A DNA stretch of 64,000 nucleotides from Candidatus Latescibacterota bacterium (lineage in GTDB: Bacteria; Latescibacterota; UBA2968): assembly GCA_965205975.1 (NCBI GenBank), contig OZ242195.1, positions 1,184,001-1,248,000 of the forward strand, in the 5' to 3' direction. Position numbers and translations under genes: made by a program. The notes under the pieces were generated by a model. It saw only the letters and a list, made by a program, of their open reading frames with translations, had not been told where the DNA came from and did not search any database. Position 1 is the stretch's first letter, and every line of letters starts with the position of its first letter. Positions 48,232 to 58,473 of this stretch are shown piece by piece.

Positions 48232-48909
48232 ATGATTAGTCAATCGTCACAGGACTATTTGAAAACGATCTACAAGCTGACACACGGGCAAAATCCCGTT
48301 GCATCTGTGACGACTTCTCTCATTGCAGAGCACAGGGCGGTTGCTCCCGCTTCGGTCACCAATATGCTCAAGAAACTCGCCGCGATGAAATTGGTGGAAC
48401 ACACGCCCTATCAGGGCGTTGTACTCACATCGACTGGAAAACGCATTGCCCTTGAGGTTCTTCGCCACCACCGTTTGCTCGAGCTTTACCTATCCGAAGT
48501 GCTGGGATTTGATCTGGATAAGGTCGATGAAGAGGCGGATCGGCTGGAGCATGTGATTTCTGAGGAGTTTGAAGATAAAATTGATCGAATGCTGGGGTAT
48601 CCAACAGTCGATCCGCACGGCGCGCCGATTCCGCGTAAAGATGGTTCGATAGAGTACGACCATTATCTGTGTTTGTCAGATATTCCAGCGGGGGAAAATG
48701 TACGCGTGCGGCAGGTGAGTGATCAAAGTGCGGAGATGTTGCGCTATATGGCGACGATGGATATTAAACCGAATGTCGAGATCAAGGTGGTGGGGCGCGC
48801 GCCTTTTAATGGGCCGCTGGAAATTGTGGTCAATGGCGAGGCCACGTATTCTCTCGGCCTTGAAGTGGCTGCACATATTTATGTTTCATCATTGGGGGAA
48901 GATGGTTGA
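48232..48909 (+). CDS. MntR/TroR/DtxR-family repressor with FeoA domain
   Basis: DYLKTIY, SVTNMLKKL, HHRLLELYL, EADRLEH, DPHGAPIP, C-terminal FeoA domain. Confidence 0.93.
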   Translation: MISQSSQDYLKTIYKLTHGQNPVASVTTSLIAEHRAVAPASVTNMLKKLAAMKLVEHTPYQGVVLTSTGKRIALEVLRHHRLLELYLSEVLGFDLDKVDEEADRLEHVISEEFEDKIDRMLGYPTVDPHGAPIPRKDGSIEYDHYLCLSDIPAGENVRVRQVSDQSAEMLRYMATMDIKPNVEIKVVGRAPFNGPLEIVVNGEATYSLGLEVAAHIYVSSLGEDG

Positions 48910-48910
48910 T

Positions 48911-50527
48911 ATGGGTAGGGTTGTCCTTTTGTTGGCGATTGTTTTGTTGTCGGGCGGATCTGTGCATGCACAAGTACCGCCCATTTTTGCGCCCGGTACC
49001 GAACAGCACGATATTTATTGCCGCGCATGTGCCCATTTTTTTCCCGAGGTTTTGCCTGCAGACAGCGAGTTTCGACTGGATAGAGCTATTTGTGGGACAT
49101 CGGCAATAAGGGGGTTGACCGCAAATTGGGATCGTTTGCCTCCCGCTGCAAAGGAGGCATTTGCGTTTCTCCAGCAGCGTCCCATTTTGAGTCATTCAAT
49201 TCTGTCTTCGGAGGGGCGTTTCAAAATTCACTACAATACGACGGGGACACACGCTGTTGCTCCAATCGATGCAGATGCCAATGGCGTTCCGGATTATGTC
49301 GATGAGGCCGCGCGCGTTTTTGAGTCGGTTTGGGACCTGGAGATCAATCAGTTGGGCTACAATCCCCCTCCATCCGATGGCGATGGTGTTTACGACATTT
49401 ATATCAAAAATCTCGCCATTCAGCAGGCTTATGGTTTTACATATCCAATTGCATATACGGAATTGACAACGCCGAGTTATATGGAGATTGACAATAATTT
49501 TACGGATAACATTTACCCTGTGAATTCACGCGGATTCAACGGGTTGCGCGTGACGGCTGCACACGAGTTTTTTCACGCGATTCAATTTGGGTATTATGCC
49601 GATTTTGCCGCTGCGTGGTGGCAGGAACTCACGGCGGTATGGATGGAGGATGTGGCCTATCCCGACGTGAATGATTTTTATCAGTACCTGAGTTGCCCGA
49701 GCAACTTTTCGTGTTTTTACGACGATCCCGAAGCGTCATTGGTAAAATTTTCTAACAGTCTTCATCCTTTCGGCGCGTCGATTTTTGCCCACCATGTGGA
49801 GCAGGTGTACGGTGCCGATGTGATTAAAAGCGTTTGGGAGTTGCTCAGAAGACGCGATCCGAGTACATATAGTTTGTCGCTTATTGATGACGGGATGCCT
49901 CTGGACGGATTTGCGCAGGTGATGCCGCGGTTTGCCGCGTGGAATTATTTGACTGATGTGCGCACGCGCCCCGGGTATTATGTTGAAGCGCGCGATTTGC
50001 CTTCAATAAAGCATGCCAATATTGTCCTCGGCACAGGTGGCTCTTTTGAAGGGTCTGAGACGATAGATCATTTGGGGACGACATATTTGCGCGTAGATAC
50101 TTCAAATATCTTTGGTGGGCTTCGGGGAACATTTACACTGGACGACCGCGGGCAGTGGAAGTTACTGGTTATGCTGATTTCTCCATCTGGGGTTGAGCTA
50201 TTGTACCCGCGCGGGACAACGGTGGTGATTCCCAGAGCCAATCGTTTTGCCGAGGTGGTATTTATTGTGATGGAGACATCGCTTTCGGGAGAAAGGCGGC
50301 GTGTGAATTACACGCTGTCAACAGGCGGGAGTACGGCGACGGATCTCGTATGCGATGTCGATGGCGACGGGCGCGTTGCATTTTCCGATTTCCTGCGCTT
50401 TGCGGATGGTTTTAAGCGCTTGCACACAGATAATAATTACGATCCAAAATTGGATTTCAACGGGGATGGGCCTGTTGATTTTCGCGATTTTCTCATTTTT
50501 GTTTCCCATTTTGGTGAATCGCGTTAA
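48911..50527 (+). CDS. Secreted zinc metalloprotease (MXAN_6640-like) with C-terminal dockerin/EF-hand
   Basis: FKIHY, NGVPDYVD, TAAHEFFHAIQFGY, E.TAVWMED; terminal DVDGDG..FSDFL / DFNGDG..FRDFL. Confidence 0.85.
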   Translation: MGRVVLLLAIVLLSGGSVHAQVPPIFAPGTEQHDIYCRACAHFFPEVLPADSEFRLDRAICGTSAIRGLTANWDRLPPAAKEAFAFLQQRPILSHSILSSEGRFKIHYNTTGTHAVAPIDADANGVPDYVDEAARVFESVWDLEINQLGYNPPPSDGDGVYDIYIKNLAIQQAYGFTYPIAYTELTTPSYMEIDNNFTDNIYPVNSRGFNGLRVTAAHEFFHAIQFGYYADFAAAWWQELTAVWMEDVAYPDVNDFYQYLSCPSNFSCFYDDPEASLVKFSNSLHPFGASIFAHHVEQVYGADVIKSVWELLRRRDPSTYSLSLIDDGMPLDGFAQVMPRFAAWNYLTDVRTRPGYYVEARDLPSIKHANIVLGTGGSFEGSETIDHLGTTYLRVDTSNIFGGLRGTFTLDDRGQWKLLVMLISPSGVELLYPRGTTVVIPRANRFAEVVFIVMETSLSGERRRVNYTLSTGGSTATDLVCDVDGDGRVAFSDFLRFADGFKRLHTDNNYDPKLDFNGDGPVDFRDFLIFVSHFGESR

Positions 50528-50539
50528 GGGAGTAACGCT

Positions 50540-51304
50540 GTGATTGTATTGCGAACAGATCGAGAGCTGGATTTGATGGTTGAGGCAAACCGCATTGTGG
50601 GGCTGGTGCATCGCACACTCAAGCCGCTTGTCAAGGTGGGAACGACGACCAGAGAACTGGATAGCGTGGCCGAAGATGTGATCCGGTCACACGGCGCAGA
50701 ACCCGCATTTAAGGGCTATAAGGGGTATCCCGCAGCGAGTTGTATTTCTATTAATGAACAGGTTGTACACGGGATCCCCGGATCGCGAAAGCTGGTGGAT
50801 GGCGATATTGTCAGTATTGATATCGGCGTGAAATTGCGAGGCTACTACGGCGACCAGGCGATTACGCGAGTTGTTGGCAATATTTCGGAGCGGGAGAAAG
50901 AGTTACTCAAGGTAACGCGAGAAGCCCTGTTTAAGGGGATCGAGCAAGCTATTGCCGGGAGACGCCTGAGCGATATTTGCGGCGCAGTACAAAATTGGGT
51001 CGAGCAATTTGGTTTTTCTGTTGTACGGCAGTTTGTAGGACATGGCATTGGGCGCAGATTGCACGAAGAACCCGCCGTGCCCAATTATGTTCCCCCAGAG
51101 CGCAACCCGCGTTTGCGAAAGGGGATGGTGCTCGCTATTGAGCCGATGGTCAATTTGGGAACGCATGAAGTTGTGGTGGCAGATGACGGGTGGACGGCAT
51201 CGGCGGCTGATGGGTTGCCTTCGGCGCATTTTGAACATGTGGTGGCAATTACGCGTGGTGAACCCAGGATTTTGACGATGTTTGAGGAAGATATCGATGC
51301 GTAA
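50540..51304 (+). CDS. map: Methionine aminopeptidase type I
   Basis: VVHGIP, GDIVSIDIG, GHGIG..HEEP, AIEPM, SAHFEH. Confidence 0.97.
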   Translation: MIVLRTDRELDLMVEANRIVGLVHRTLKPLVKVGTTTRELDSVAEDVIRSHGAEPAFKGYKGYPAASCISINEQVVHGIPGSRKLVDGDIVSIDIGVKLRGYYGDQAITRVVGNISEREKELLKVTREALFKGIEQAIAGRRLSDICGAVQNWVEQFGFSVVRQFVGHGIGRRLHEEPAVPNYVPPERNPRLRKGMVLAIEPMVNLGTHEVVVADDGWTASAADGLPSAHFEHVVAITRGEPRILTMFEEDIDA

Positions 51305-51782
51305 ACCTATTCTCCTATGCGTTCTTATGTGGTTGATGTCTTGTAGTCAACACTATGAGGAAGGGGCGCATCCACCGCCAAAGCCTCCATCTGCTCAGAC
51401 GCCGGCGGCAGATAAAGAGGGACCACAGACATCCGATGCCGTGGTTTCGGGGACGATTCGGTTGGCCGATGGGCTGGACGAGCGCGTTGGGGGCAATGCC
51501 GTGCTATTTGTTATTGCGCGACCTGCCCCTGTTGGCGGACCACCGCTGGCCGTGAAGCGGCTCGACATTTCTGATTTCCCCCTTTCTTACACGCTGACGC
51601 AAGGGGATGCAATGATCGAAATTGATTGGTCTGAGATCGATGCGTTGTACGTTTCTGCAAAAATTGATGCAGACGGACGTGTGGGTGGTTCGACGGCAGG
51701 GGATATGGAGGGGATTTATCCGCAAAATCCCGTTGCACCTGGAGCCGTAGATGTGGATATTTTGATCGATACGGTACATTGA
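51297..51782 (+). CDS. Lipoprotein resembling the CcmI/CycH C-terminal Ig-like domain
   Basis: Lipobox LMSC; LFVIAR..GGPPLAVKR..FP.SYTL...DAM...VSAKI..G...GD.EG. Confidence 0.65.
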   Translation: MRKPILLCVLMWLMSCSQHYEEGAHPPPKPPSAQTPAADKEGPQTSDAVVSGTIRLADGLDERVGGNAVLFVIARPAPVGGPPLAVKRLDISDFPLSYTLTQGDAMIEIDWSEIDALYVSAKIDADGRVGGSTAGDMEGIYPQNPVAPGAVDVDILIDTVH

Positions 51783-51785
51783 GTT

Positions 51786-53525
51786 ATGAGCTATACGGTG
51801 ATTCACGCGACACACGAAGCGGTTCGCAAGGCCGGTGGTATTGGGACGGTTCTCGATGGCTTGATGACCTCTTCTGTGTACCAGAAAGCTGTGCGGCGAT
51901 CTTTTCTTGTCGGCCCGCTTTCGCGCTCAGAGGATGAAGATCTTCTTGCGGAAAGTGGAGAGATAATTTTTTCGACTATTTCCGGGGTGCAAAATGTGGA
52001 TTGTGCCGACGCTCTCAATCGCATAGCAGAGCGGTACAATGTCAATATCGTTTATGGGATACGCCAATTTACAGGCGGATATGAAGCCGATGTGTTGCTC
52101 GTTGATGCCGAAGATATCAACCCGCGAAAGTCCCGCAATTTTAAATACAATCTCTACCGGCATTTTGGCCTTACATCTGACCGATACGATGCGATTGCGG
52201 ATTACGCGCTGTATATCGACAGTGCAGAGGCTATTTACGACGCTGTTATCGCGCTGATAGGAGAGGCAGCCGGGCCGCATATTGTGCTGTCCCATGAGTA
52301 TATGGGCATGCCTATCGCACTTAAAACTATTATGGAAAATGATCCGCGCTTTTGGGCGATTTTTTACGCACATGAAGTTTCTGCAATGCGCGGGATCACA
52401 GAGGGGAACTCGGGGCATGACGTGATGTTTTACAACGCGATGGCGCAGGCACTTGCGCGGGACGAAGTGGTTGAGGATGTATTTGGAGATCAGTCCGGTT
52501 ATTATCGGCACGCGTTGGTTCAATTGGCGTCGCACTGCGATGGTATTTTTGCTGTGGGTGATCCAACGTTTGATGAACTTCAGTTTATAGGGTTTGAGGC
52601 ACAGGCGATAGATCTGGTTTACAATGGGATTCCATCTGTGCAGATTTCTTATGCAGAGAAATTACAGTCTCGCACGCGCTTACGGGATTACGCGCAGAAT
52701 TTGCTCGGATATAAGCCAGATGTGGTGGTGACTCATGTCACGCGCCCGGTGATTAGCAAAGGATTGTGGCGGGATTTACTCGTGTTGGCACATCTCGATA
52801 AGTTATTGGGGGATAAGGGACAGACAGGCGTGTTTTTTGTGCTTACAACGGCTGCAGAACAGCGGAGTTCGCAAGATGTCGAGATTATGGAATCCGAATA
52901 TGGCTGGCCGGTTTACCATGAGATAGGGGCTCCCGATCTGGTTTCAAATGAGGTGGATATCTGGCGGGATATGGAAATGTTTAACCGCGAGTCTGTTGCC
53001 ATTCAAGCGATTTTGGTCAATCAGTTTGGATGGGATCGGGCAAGTTGCGGGCAACGCATGCCGCAGGATATGGCGTTTGTGGATTTGCGCCGGGGCACGG
53101 ATATCGAATTTGGACAATCGATTTACGAGCCGTTTGGCATTGCCGTGCTCGAGCCTCTGACTTTTGGCGGGTTGTGCGTACCGAGTAGTGTGTGCGGGTG
53201 TTGCGGATTTTTGGATCGCGTAACACAAGAAAAACCGAATTCTCTCGTCGTCGTGGCCGATTATACGGCGGATGTAGCATTGGAGAGTGCCGCGTCTGCC
53301 CGTGTGATAGGCGAGTATGAACGCCGCATTCAGGAAGGCAAAGTAGCAGAAAAAGTCGCGTGGGATATCGCAGATGCGTTGCCATCATCGGATAGAGAAC
53401 GCGAAGCGCGATTGCATTCGGGTTACAAGTTAGCTGCACAAATGAGCTGGGATCGCGTGTGCGAAGCATTTTTTTTCCCCGGTATAGAACGCGCGATTTC
53501 CCGTCGATCACAACGAAACGTTTGA
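51786..53525 (+). CDS. GT-B glycosyltransferase, glycogen/alpha-glucan synthase-like (GT3-like)
   Basis: EAVRKAGGIGTV (KxGG motif), YNG, SIYEPFG. Confidence 0.7.
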   Translation: MSYTVIHATHEAVRKAGGIGTVLDGLMTSSVYQKAVRRSFLVGPLSRSEDEDLLAESGEIIFSTISGVQNVDCADALNRIAERYNVNIVYGIRQFTGGYEADVLLVDAEDINPRKSRNFKYNLYRHFGLTSDRYDAIADYALYIDSAEAIYDAVIALIGEAAGPHIVLSHEYMGMPIALKTIMENDPRFWAIFYAHEVSAMRGITEGNSGHDVMFYNAMAQALARDEVVEDVFGDQSGYYRHALVQLASHCDGIFAVGDPTFDELQFIGFEAQAIDLVYNGIPSVQISYAEKLQSRTRLRDYAQNLLGYKPDVVVTHVTRPVISKGLWRDLLVLAHLDKLLGDKGQTGVFFVLTTAAEQRSSQDVEIMESEYGWPVYHEIGAPDLVSNEVDIWRDMEMFNRESVAIQAILVNQFGWDRASCGQRMPQDMAFVDLRRGTDIEFGQSIYEPFGIAVLEPLTFGGLCVPSSVCGCCGFLDRVTQEKPNSLVVVADYTADVALESAASARVIGEYERRIQEGKVAEKVAWDIADALPSSDREREARLHSGYKLAAQMSWDRVCEAFFFPGIERAISRRSQRNV

Positions 53526-53566
53526 TGCTTTGAAGCGTGTAAAGAGCTGACTACTATTTTATCCAT

Positions 53567-54754
53567 ATGAGAAATAATATGATGAGAAAACGATTTTTAC
53601 TGATTTTGGGGGTCGTAACATGTCTCATCGGTTGCAACACCGAAAAGCGCAACCCATTGGGCGAGGGCTTTGTTGGACGCGATCCCGGCGATACGGTCGT
53701 ATTGCCCGCTGTTCCGCTAACGTCGGCACGGTCCTTTCATTCTCTAATTTTTCCCACTGTGATGGGGGAACAAGAGGAATTGCTGGTCGGGCAGATGAAT
53801 GGGTTTTTGCTGCGGAGCCTGTTGCGTTTTAATGTGCCAGATGAGTTTTCCGGCGGTGTGCCATCGGGGTTGACGATTGATTCCCTGCGCATCAATCTGG
53901 GTATTCGGTCGGCGCGATTGGTCGAAAATACGTCGCTGATTGTATTGCGGCCCGATTCGCCGTGGGAAGAACTTCAAACCTATGTCGATACGCTCTCGCT
54001 GGTCGAGACCGAGGTGCTTGCAACGCCAATCCCCGATGCTGTGGCGCAGGTGTTTGCCGATCGCGTTCGGATCGATTTGCCAGTGTCACTCTTAAAGGAT
54101 GCGATAGAATCAAGTTCTCTATCTATGGAAATTTTGTTGCAACCCGATGGGGAGATGCCTTTTTTATTAGATATTTTTGCACGCGAAGCTAATATTCTTC
54201 GTGCAGATGCGCCGATTCCCGAATTGGAGGCGGTGTATCGGGTGGGAGATGTGACAGAGCGTGTAGCTGTTCAGACCGATGCAGACACCTATTGGAGTGC
54301 GCGGACCAATGGCGGTCCGCCAGAAAATCTGGTGATTCTTTCCGAGGGTTTGTTTTACGGCAGTGTCCTGAATTTCGATCTGCCCAATATCCCGCCAGGT
54401 GCGACGATCAATTCGGCTAAATTGCAATTGGATATCGATCTGGATCGTTCCTATTTTTCATCTTTTCCCTTTGAAGTATATGGCCTGACAATTGCAGAAG
54501 GAGATACCTCATTTACGCGGTATAATGAGCGGTTGCTTATCGAACCTACGACAACGACTTACACAATTAATCACACTTTGATTCAGGCCTGGATATCTGG
54601 TGCGCGATTAAATCATGGGTTGGCACTTTCGCCTCTCAATTTTACTTCTTCAACAGGTTTACCCGCGCTCTTAAATTCGCCCCCGCTCATCCGATGGCTT
54701 GTGTTGAAAGATGTGCGTTTGAACCTTATTTACTCTCTTCCTCCGGAATTGTAA
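53567..54754 (+). CDS. Hypothetical lipoprotein
   Basis: Lipobox LIGC; beta-rich; lies within the operon. Confidence 0.7.
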   Translation: MRNNMMRKRFLLILGVVTCLIGCNTEKRNPLGEGFVGRDPGDTVVLPAVPLTSARSFHSLIFPTVMGEQEELLVGQMNGFLLRSLLRFNVPDEFSGGVPSGLTIDSLRINLGIRSARLVENTSLIVLRPDSPWEELQTYVDTLSLVETEVLATPIPDAVAQVFADRVRIDLPVSLLKDAIESSSLSMEILLQPDGEMPFLLDIFAREANILRADAPIPELEAVYRVGDVTERVAVQTDADTYWSARTNGGPPENLVILSEGLFYGSVLNFDLPNIPPGATINSAKLQLDIDLDRSYFSSFPFEVYGLTIAEGDTSFTRYNERLLIEPTTTTYTINHTLIQAWISGARLNHGLALSPLNFTSSTGLPALLNSPPLIRWLVLKDVRLNLIYSLPPEL

Positions 54755-54755
54755 T

Positions 54756-55919
54756 ATGATGCGAATAATTCTCGCTTTGGGTTTTATTTTTGCGCTGGTG
54801 CTGCCGGCTTGCGCCAATACAATTTTTTCTTTTTACGGTGTTGGCGATCCAGTCAGACGCGTCGATGCGCGGTCTCGAAGTATGGGGGGCGGTGGTCGGG
54901 CGCTGGCCGATGGGCTAAATTTTTCATCCCACAATCCCGCATTATTGGGGGCTTTCCGCAGGGCGTCCGTGAGTCTGCAATTTATGGCTCAGCACCGATT
55001 TTTGAATGGCGAAAGCATCGTAAATGACGGGGATATTGGGGCTTTTCAGATCGCGCTACCTATGAGCCGTGGTCCTGTTTTGGGTGTGGGACTTGAACCG
55101 CTTACCGATATGGATTTCGGAGCAATAGAAGATCGCGGCACGGGTGATTTGAAGTATCAGCTGGAGGTGGAAGCGACTGGGGGGATCCAGGCAATTTCTC
55201 TGGGGCTGGGGCATCGGATCGGGCGCAGAATTTTTGTAGGAGGGCGTATAAATTGGGTAGCTATGGGAACATTTAACGAGTCCTGGATCAAGAATTTCGA
55301 CAATGAGACGGTCTTCTTTTCTCACGACAAAATTACGCGTACCCACCGTGGATGGCTGCCTTCATTTGGTATTATCTATACTCCCACTTCGCAGTGGAGC
55401 CTGGGCGCGAATGTCGATATTGGAGGCAGTATCAAGCAGCGTCAGTTTCAAAGAAATCGTTTTGTAGAACAGCGCGAAGCTGTTGAGGTCGAGACGGAAA
55501 GCGATGTGGAATTTCCCCGAGAACTTGGGGTAGGGATAACGTATCTGGCTGGCTATCGCTGGCTGGCGTCGGTCGATGTTTCTCGAGGGCTGTGGCGCGC
55601 GACAGGGGATGGACGTTTTGATACGTGGGATGTGAGTGCCGGGATGTTGTGGCGCACGGGAAGTCCCGATGTGCTGGTGCGGAGCCGGCGCTTTGAACTC
55701 GGCGCGGGTTTTCATTATCGGTCACTTTATTTTCCAACGGCCTCTAATAGCCAGATTGACGAATTGGGCGCCAGCTTTGGTGTGGCGTTACCATTTGTAA
55801 ATAATAGCGGTCATTTTCGCTATGTACTCGAGGCGGGAAGGCGCGGTGATCGGTCAAAACACGGTGCGTCAGAACGGTTTATTCAGCACTCTTTTTCCGT
55901 GGTCGGTTTTGTAAGATAG
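54756..55919 (+). CDS. Outer-membrane beta-barrel protein (FadL/OmpP1-like)
   Basis: Signal peptide, FSFYGVG..ARSRSMGG..NPA motif, amphipathic strands. Confidence 0.7.
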   Translation: MMRIILALGFIFALVLPACANTIFSFYGVGDPVRRVDARSRSMGGGGRALADGLNFSSHNPALLGAFRRASVSLQFMAQHRFLNGESIVNDGDIGAFQIALPMSRGPVLGVGLEPLTDMDFGAIEDRGTGDLKYQLEVEATGGIQAISLGLGHRIGRRIFVGGRINWVAMGTFNESWIKNFDNETVFFSHDKITRTHRGWLPSFGIIYTPTSQWSLGANVDIGGSIKQRQFQRNRFVEQREAVEVETESDVEFPRELGVGITYLAGYRWLASVDVSRGLWRATGDGRFDTWDVSAGMLWRTGSPDVLVRSRRFELGAGFHYRSLYFPTASNSQIDELGASFGVALPFVNNSGHFRYVLEAGRRGDRSKHGASERFIQHSFSVVGFVR

Positions 55920-55935
55920 TTTGCGGCTGGACAGT

Positions 55936-57126
55936 TCAAACGGCCTGTGTTCGGCGCGCAAGCGCTCGGATGCGGCCGTTTTTGATTTTTTGAGCGATTT
56001 GATTGACTAAAAGGTACAGAAGGTGCAGACCAATCCCCGTGAAAATAAAGTACAGGGGTGCGGTTTCGTGGGCAATGGATTCAAAGCAGACGATTGCAAG
56101 GAGGCCCTGTGATAATAGTGGAAGCCAGGCTTGAACGGGTTGTGACGTGAGGCGACTACATAGCAGACCTCCGGCAATCTTGCCCAGAATCAAGGCTGTA
56201 ATCAGGGGAAAAAAATGAGAAGGCGCAGAAGGCATTTGCCAGTCTAAAATAAGGCCACTAACATAGTGTGCGAGGGCAAAAGCTATTAGTGCTTCCGCTT
56301 TGGGTGGGCGGATATTAGGTCTCAGTCCGAGTTTGGTGCGCAAGGATAATGCAAGCCCTACAGCCCAAGATAAAATAAGAGGCTGAACCCAAACGTGCCA
56401 CGAAGCAAGTGCGATCAGGAATGACAGGGCAAACCAACTCGTAAACTGGCCTGTAGGGGTGTGGATATGTCGCAGCCAGCGATGCACGAGTTCAATGCCA
56501 ATAACTCCGATCAAAACGGCCAGTGCTATATCCGCGGCCAGATTCAGAAAGGAATCGAACCCGTCGTTCAGGATGAATTCTACGCCAAAAATAAGTCCTG
56601 TTAAAAAAAGCGAACAGAGACCGATTGCAGTAACGCATAAAGAAAAAGGCCAGGTGTCTCGCAGGTTGTGTTCTGCGCGGTCTAAAAATATGGGGGCCGG
56701 GATACCCGATAGGATGGCGAGTTGCAAGGTAGTGACCAGGTGAAGGTCGAAGAAGATGAGCACGAAGAAGGTCGTAAGAACGGGTGCAGCATATAGATAA
56801 AGACTGCCCGTAAGCAAACGCCGATTTGTAAAAATAGAGCGGGAGAGCGATGTGCCTAAATAAAGACCAATCCAGGCCATCGCGATATCTGCGAAGGGTT
56901 TTATGCTTTGATGGCTGTCAGCGGTTGTAATAGGTGCGAAGCCAATGGCGAGACCCGCTGCAATTATGCCCAGGACATCTGGCAATTTGGCACGCTGAGC
57001 CAGTCGCGCACCCACGATAGAGGCCGTCAGGAGGAATCCGACCCAGACCATTTCGGGAGGTGATTGAAGTAGCCAGATCAGGATACCGATACCAAGTGTA
57101 ATACACAGAAGGCGCATGGGAATCAT
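55936..57126 (-). CDS. Multi-pass membrane protein, divergent cation:proton antiporter-like
   Basis: LPDVLGIIAAGLAIG, IGLYLG, GKIAG, LLSQG. Confidence 0.6.
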   Translation of the reverse strand: MIPMRLLCITLGIGILIWLLQSPPEMVWVGFLLTASIVGARLAQRAKLPDVLGIIAAGLAIGFAPITTADSHQSIKPFADIAMAWIGLYLGTSLSRSIFTNRRLLTGSLYLYAAPVLTTFFVLIFFDLHLVTTLQLAILSGIPAPIFLDRAEHNLRDTWPFSLCVTAIGLCSLFLTGLIFGVEFILNDGFDSFLNLAADIALAVLIGVIGIELVHRWLRHIHTPTGQFTSWFALSFLIALASWHVWVQPLILSWAVGLALSLRTKLGLRPNIRPPKAEALIAFALAHYVSGLILDWQMPSAPSHFFPLITALILGKIAGGLLCSRLTSQPVQAWLPLLSQGLLAIVCFESIAHETAPLYFIFTGIGLHLLYLLVNQIAQKIKNGRIRALARRTQAV

Positions 57127-57127
57127 C

Positions 57128-58345
57128 TCAAGTATGAGATTGCGGCGAATTTGCGGGTGGAATAAGTATTATTTGACTTAAAAAAACGGCAATCACGAGG
57201 CCCGTAATGAGTGTATAGTGCTGAAAGTCGAGGAGGTAAATGGCCTGTACGCCAACAGCGATACTCAGCGTGCCTTGAGGATGCCAACTCAGGGCAAGCA
57301 ATTCGCGCCAGGTCTGCGGTATTTGCCAGAGAGTTTGGGAGACTGTAAAACCGATTGTACGGCCCATTCCACGCACGAGTATCATTGTGAGGCCAAGTGG
57401 AAAAAGAGGTGACCAGAGAAAAAATATATCACCACCAAATTCCCCTATTATTGAGCCGATCAGAGCAAAAAAGATTGGCTCAATCACGTCATTGGCGCGT
57501 GTTGTAAATTCGACGACCTCGCGTTTTGCCACGGTTGTGTTAATCAGCCAGATACCCGACAGAAATCCCACAGCAAGGGATGGCAGGCCCGGTGCCTGGC
57601 ACAAACCAGAAAGGGCGATCACAATGCCCAGAACGAGACTCAGTGCACGAGCACCCGTGCGGTGGCTGCGAAATGAAAAATCAAGCGCGATGCCTCCGAC
57701 CGCGCCTGCGCCGAGCATGAGCAGTGCAATACCAACTGTGCCTATAAATGGCAAGTTTCCCAAATAAAAAATGGAATTTTCTGCAAGCGGAGGGAAAGCG
57801 AGACACAACACAGCCATGGCCGCGATATTGCCAAGTGGCAGATTTTGCACCGGCACCGGATTTGGTATAGGGCGGTTGGGCCATTGAAAAAACGGGGTGG
57901 GAAAACGTGCAGTAAGAGCGAAACTGGTGAGCAGGACGATGGCGAGGGGTAAATTTTGGAGCAAGCCGAGGTAGCGATAAAGTATCAGACCACTGGCGAA
58001 GGCCGCAAGGACAGTGAATCCGCCTGTGGCGAGTACTACGGCTGTTTGTGAGTAAATCACTGAGGTGCCGTGGTCTCGCAGATTCTGAAGATCTGTTGAC
58101 AGGCCTGTTTGCAGGCCAATCCACAGTAAAATAGCACCGATGCAATTGTACCGCACCATTTCAAACAGGTGAAAGACCTCATTGGTTTTGGGAAAAAACA
58201 TCCCGATGAGAACACCGAGGAGCAAATAATGTACTTTGCCTATTCGCAGACTATCTATCAGCGGATGTGGCGGCATCCACCGAAAAATTTTTTGGCCGAA
58301 AAAAAAAGCACCAAAACCGACAATTAGGCTGAAAATAAAGGCCAT
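57128..58345 (-). CDS. Multi-pass membrane protein, divergent cation:proton antiporter-like
   Basis: YLLLGVLIG, WIGLQTGL, EPIFFALIG, VRGMGR, PQG. Confidence 0.6.
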   Translation of the reverse strand: MAFIFSLIVGFGAFFFGQKIFRWMPPHPLIDSLRIGKVHYLLLGVLIGMFFPKTNEVFHLFEMVRYNCIGAILLWIGLQTGLSTDLQNLRDHGTSVIYSQTAVVLATGGFTVLAAFASGLILYRYLGLLQNLPLAIVLLTSFALTARFPTPFFQWPNRPIPNPVPVQNLPLGNIAAMAVLCLAFPPLAENSIFYLGNLPFIGTVGIALLMLGAGAVGGIALDFSFRSHRTGARALSLVLGIVIALSGLCQAPGLPSLAVGFLSGIWLINTTVAKREVVEFTTRANDVIEPIFFALIGSIIGEFGGDIFFLWSPLFPLGLTMILVRGMGRTIGFTVSQTLWQIPQTWRELLALSWHPQGTLSIAVGVQAIYLLDFQHYTLITGLVIAVFLSQIILIPPANSPQSHT

Positions 58346-58444
58346 AAAATGCCTGCACTTTAGGGATAACAGATGTCGTCTTTACCGCGGTGGATTATAC
58401 TTTTTTCCAAAGTTTGGGTCAAGGACGAAGTTGACGCCCCACGC

Positions 58445-58473
58445 TTGACAGTCGTTAAAATATAGTGTATAGT
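58445..58473 (+). promoter_or_regulatory. Near-consensus sigma70 promoter TTGACA-17-TATAGT
   Basis: Read directly; faces the rsbW-like-hpf-hprK operon. Confidence 0.8.
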
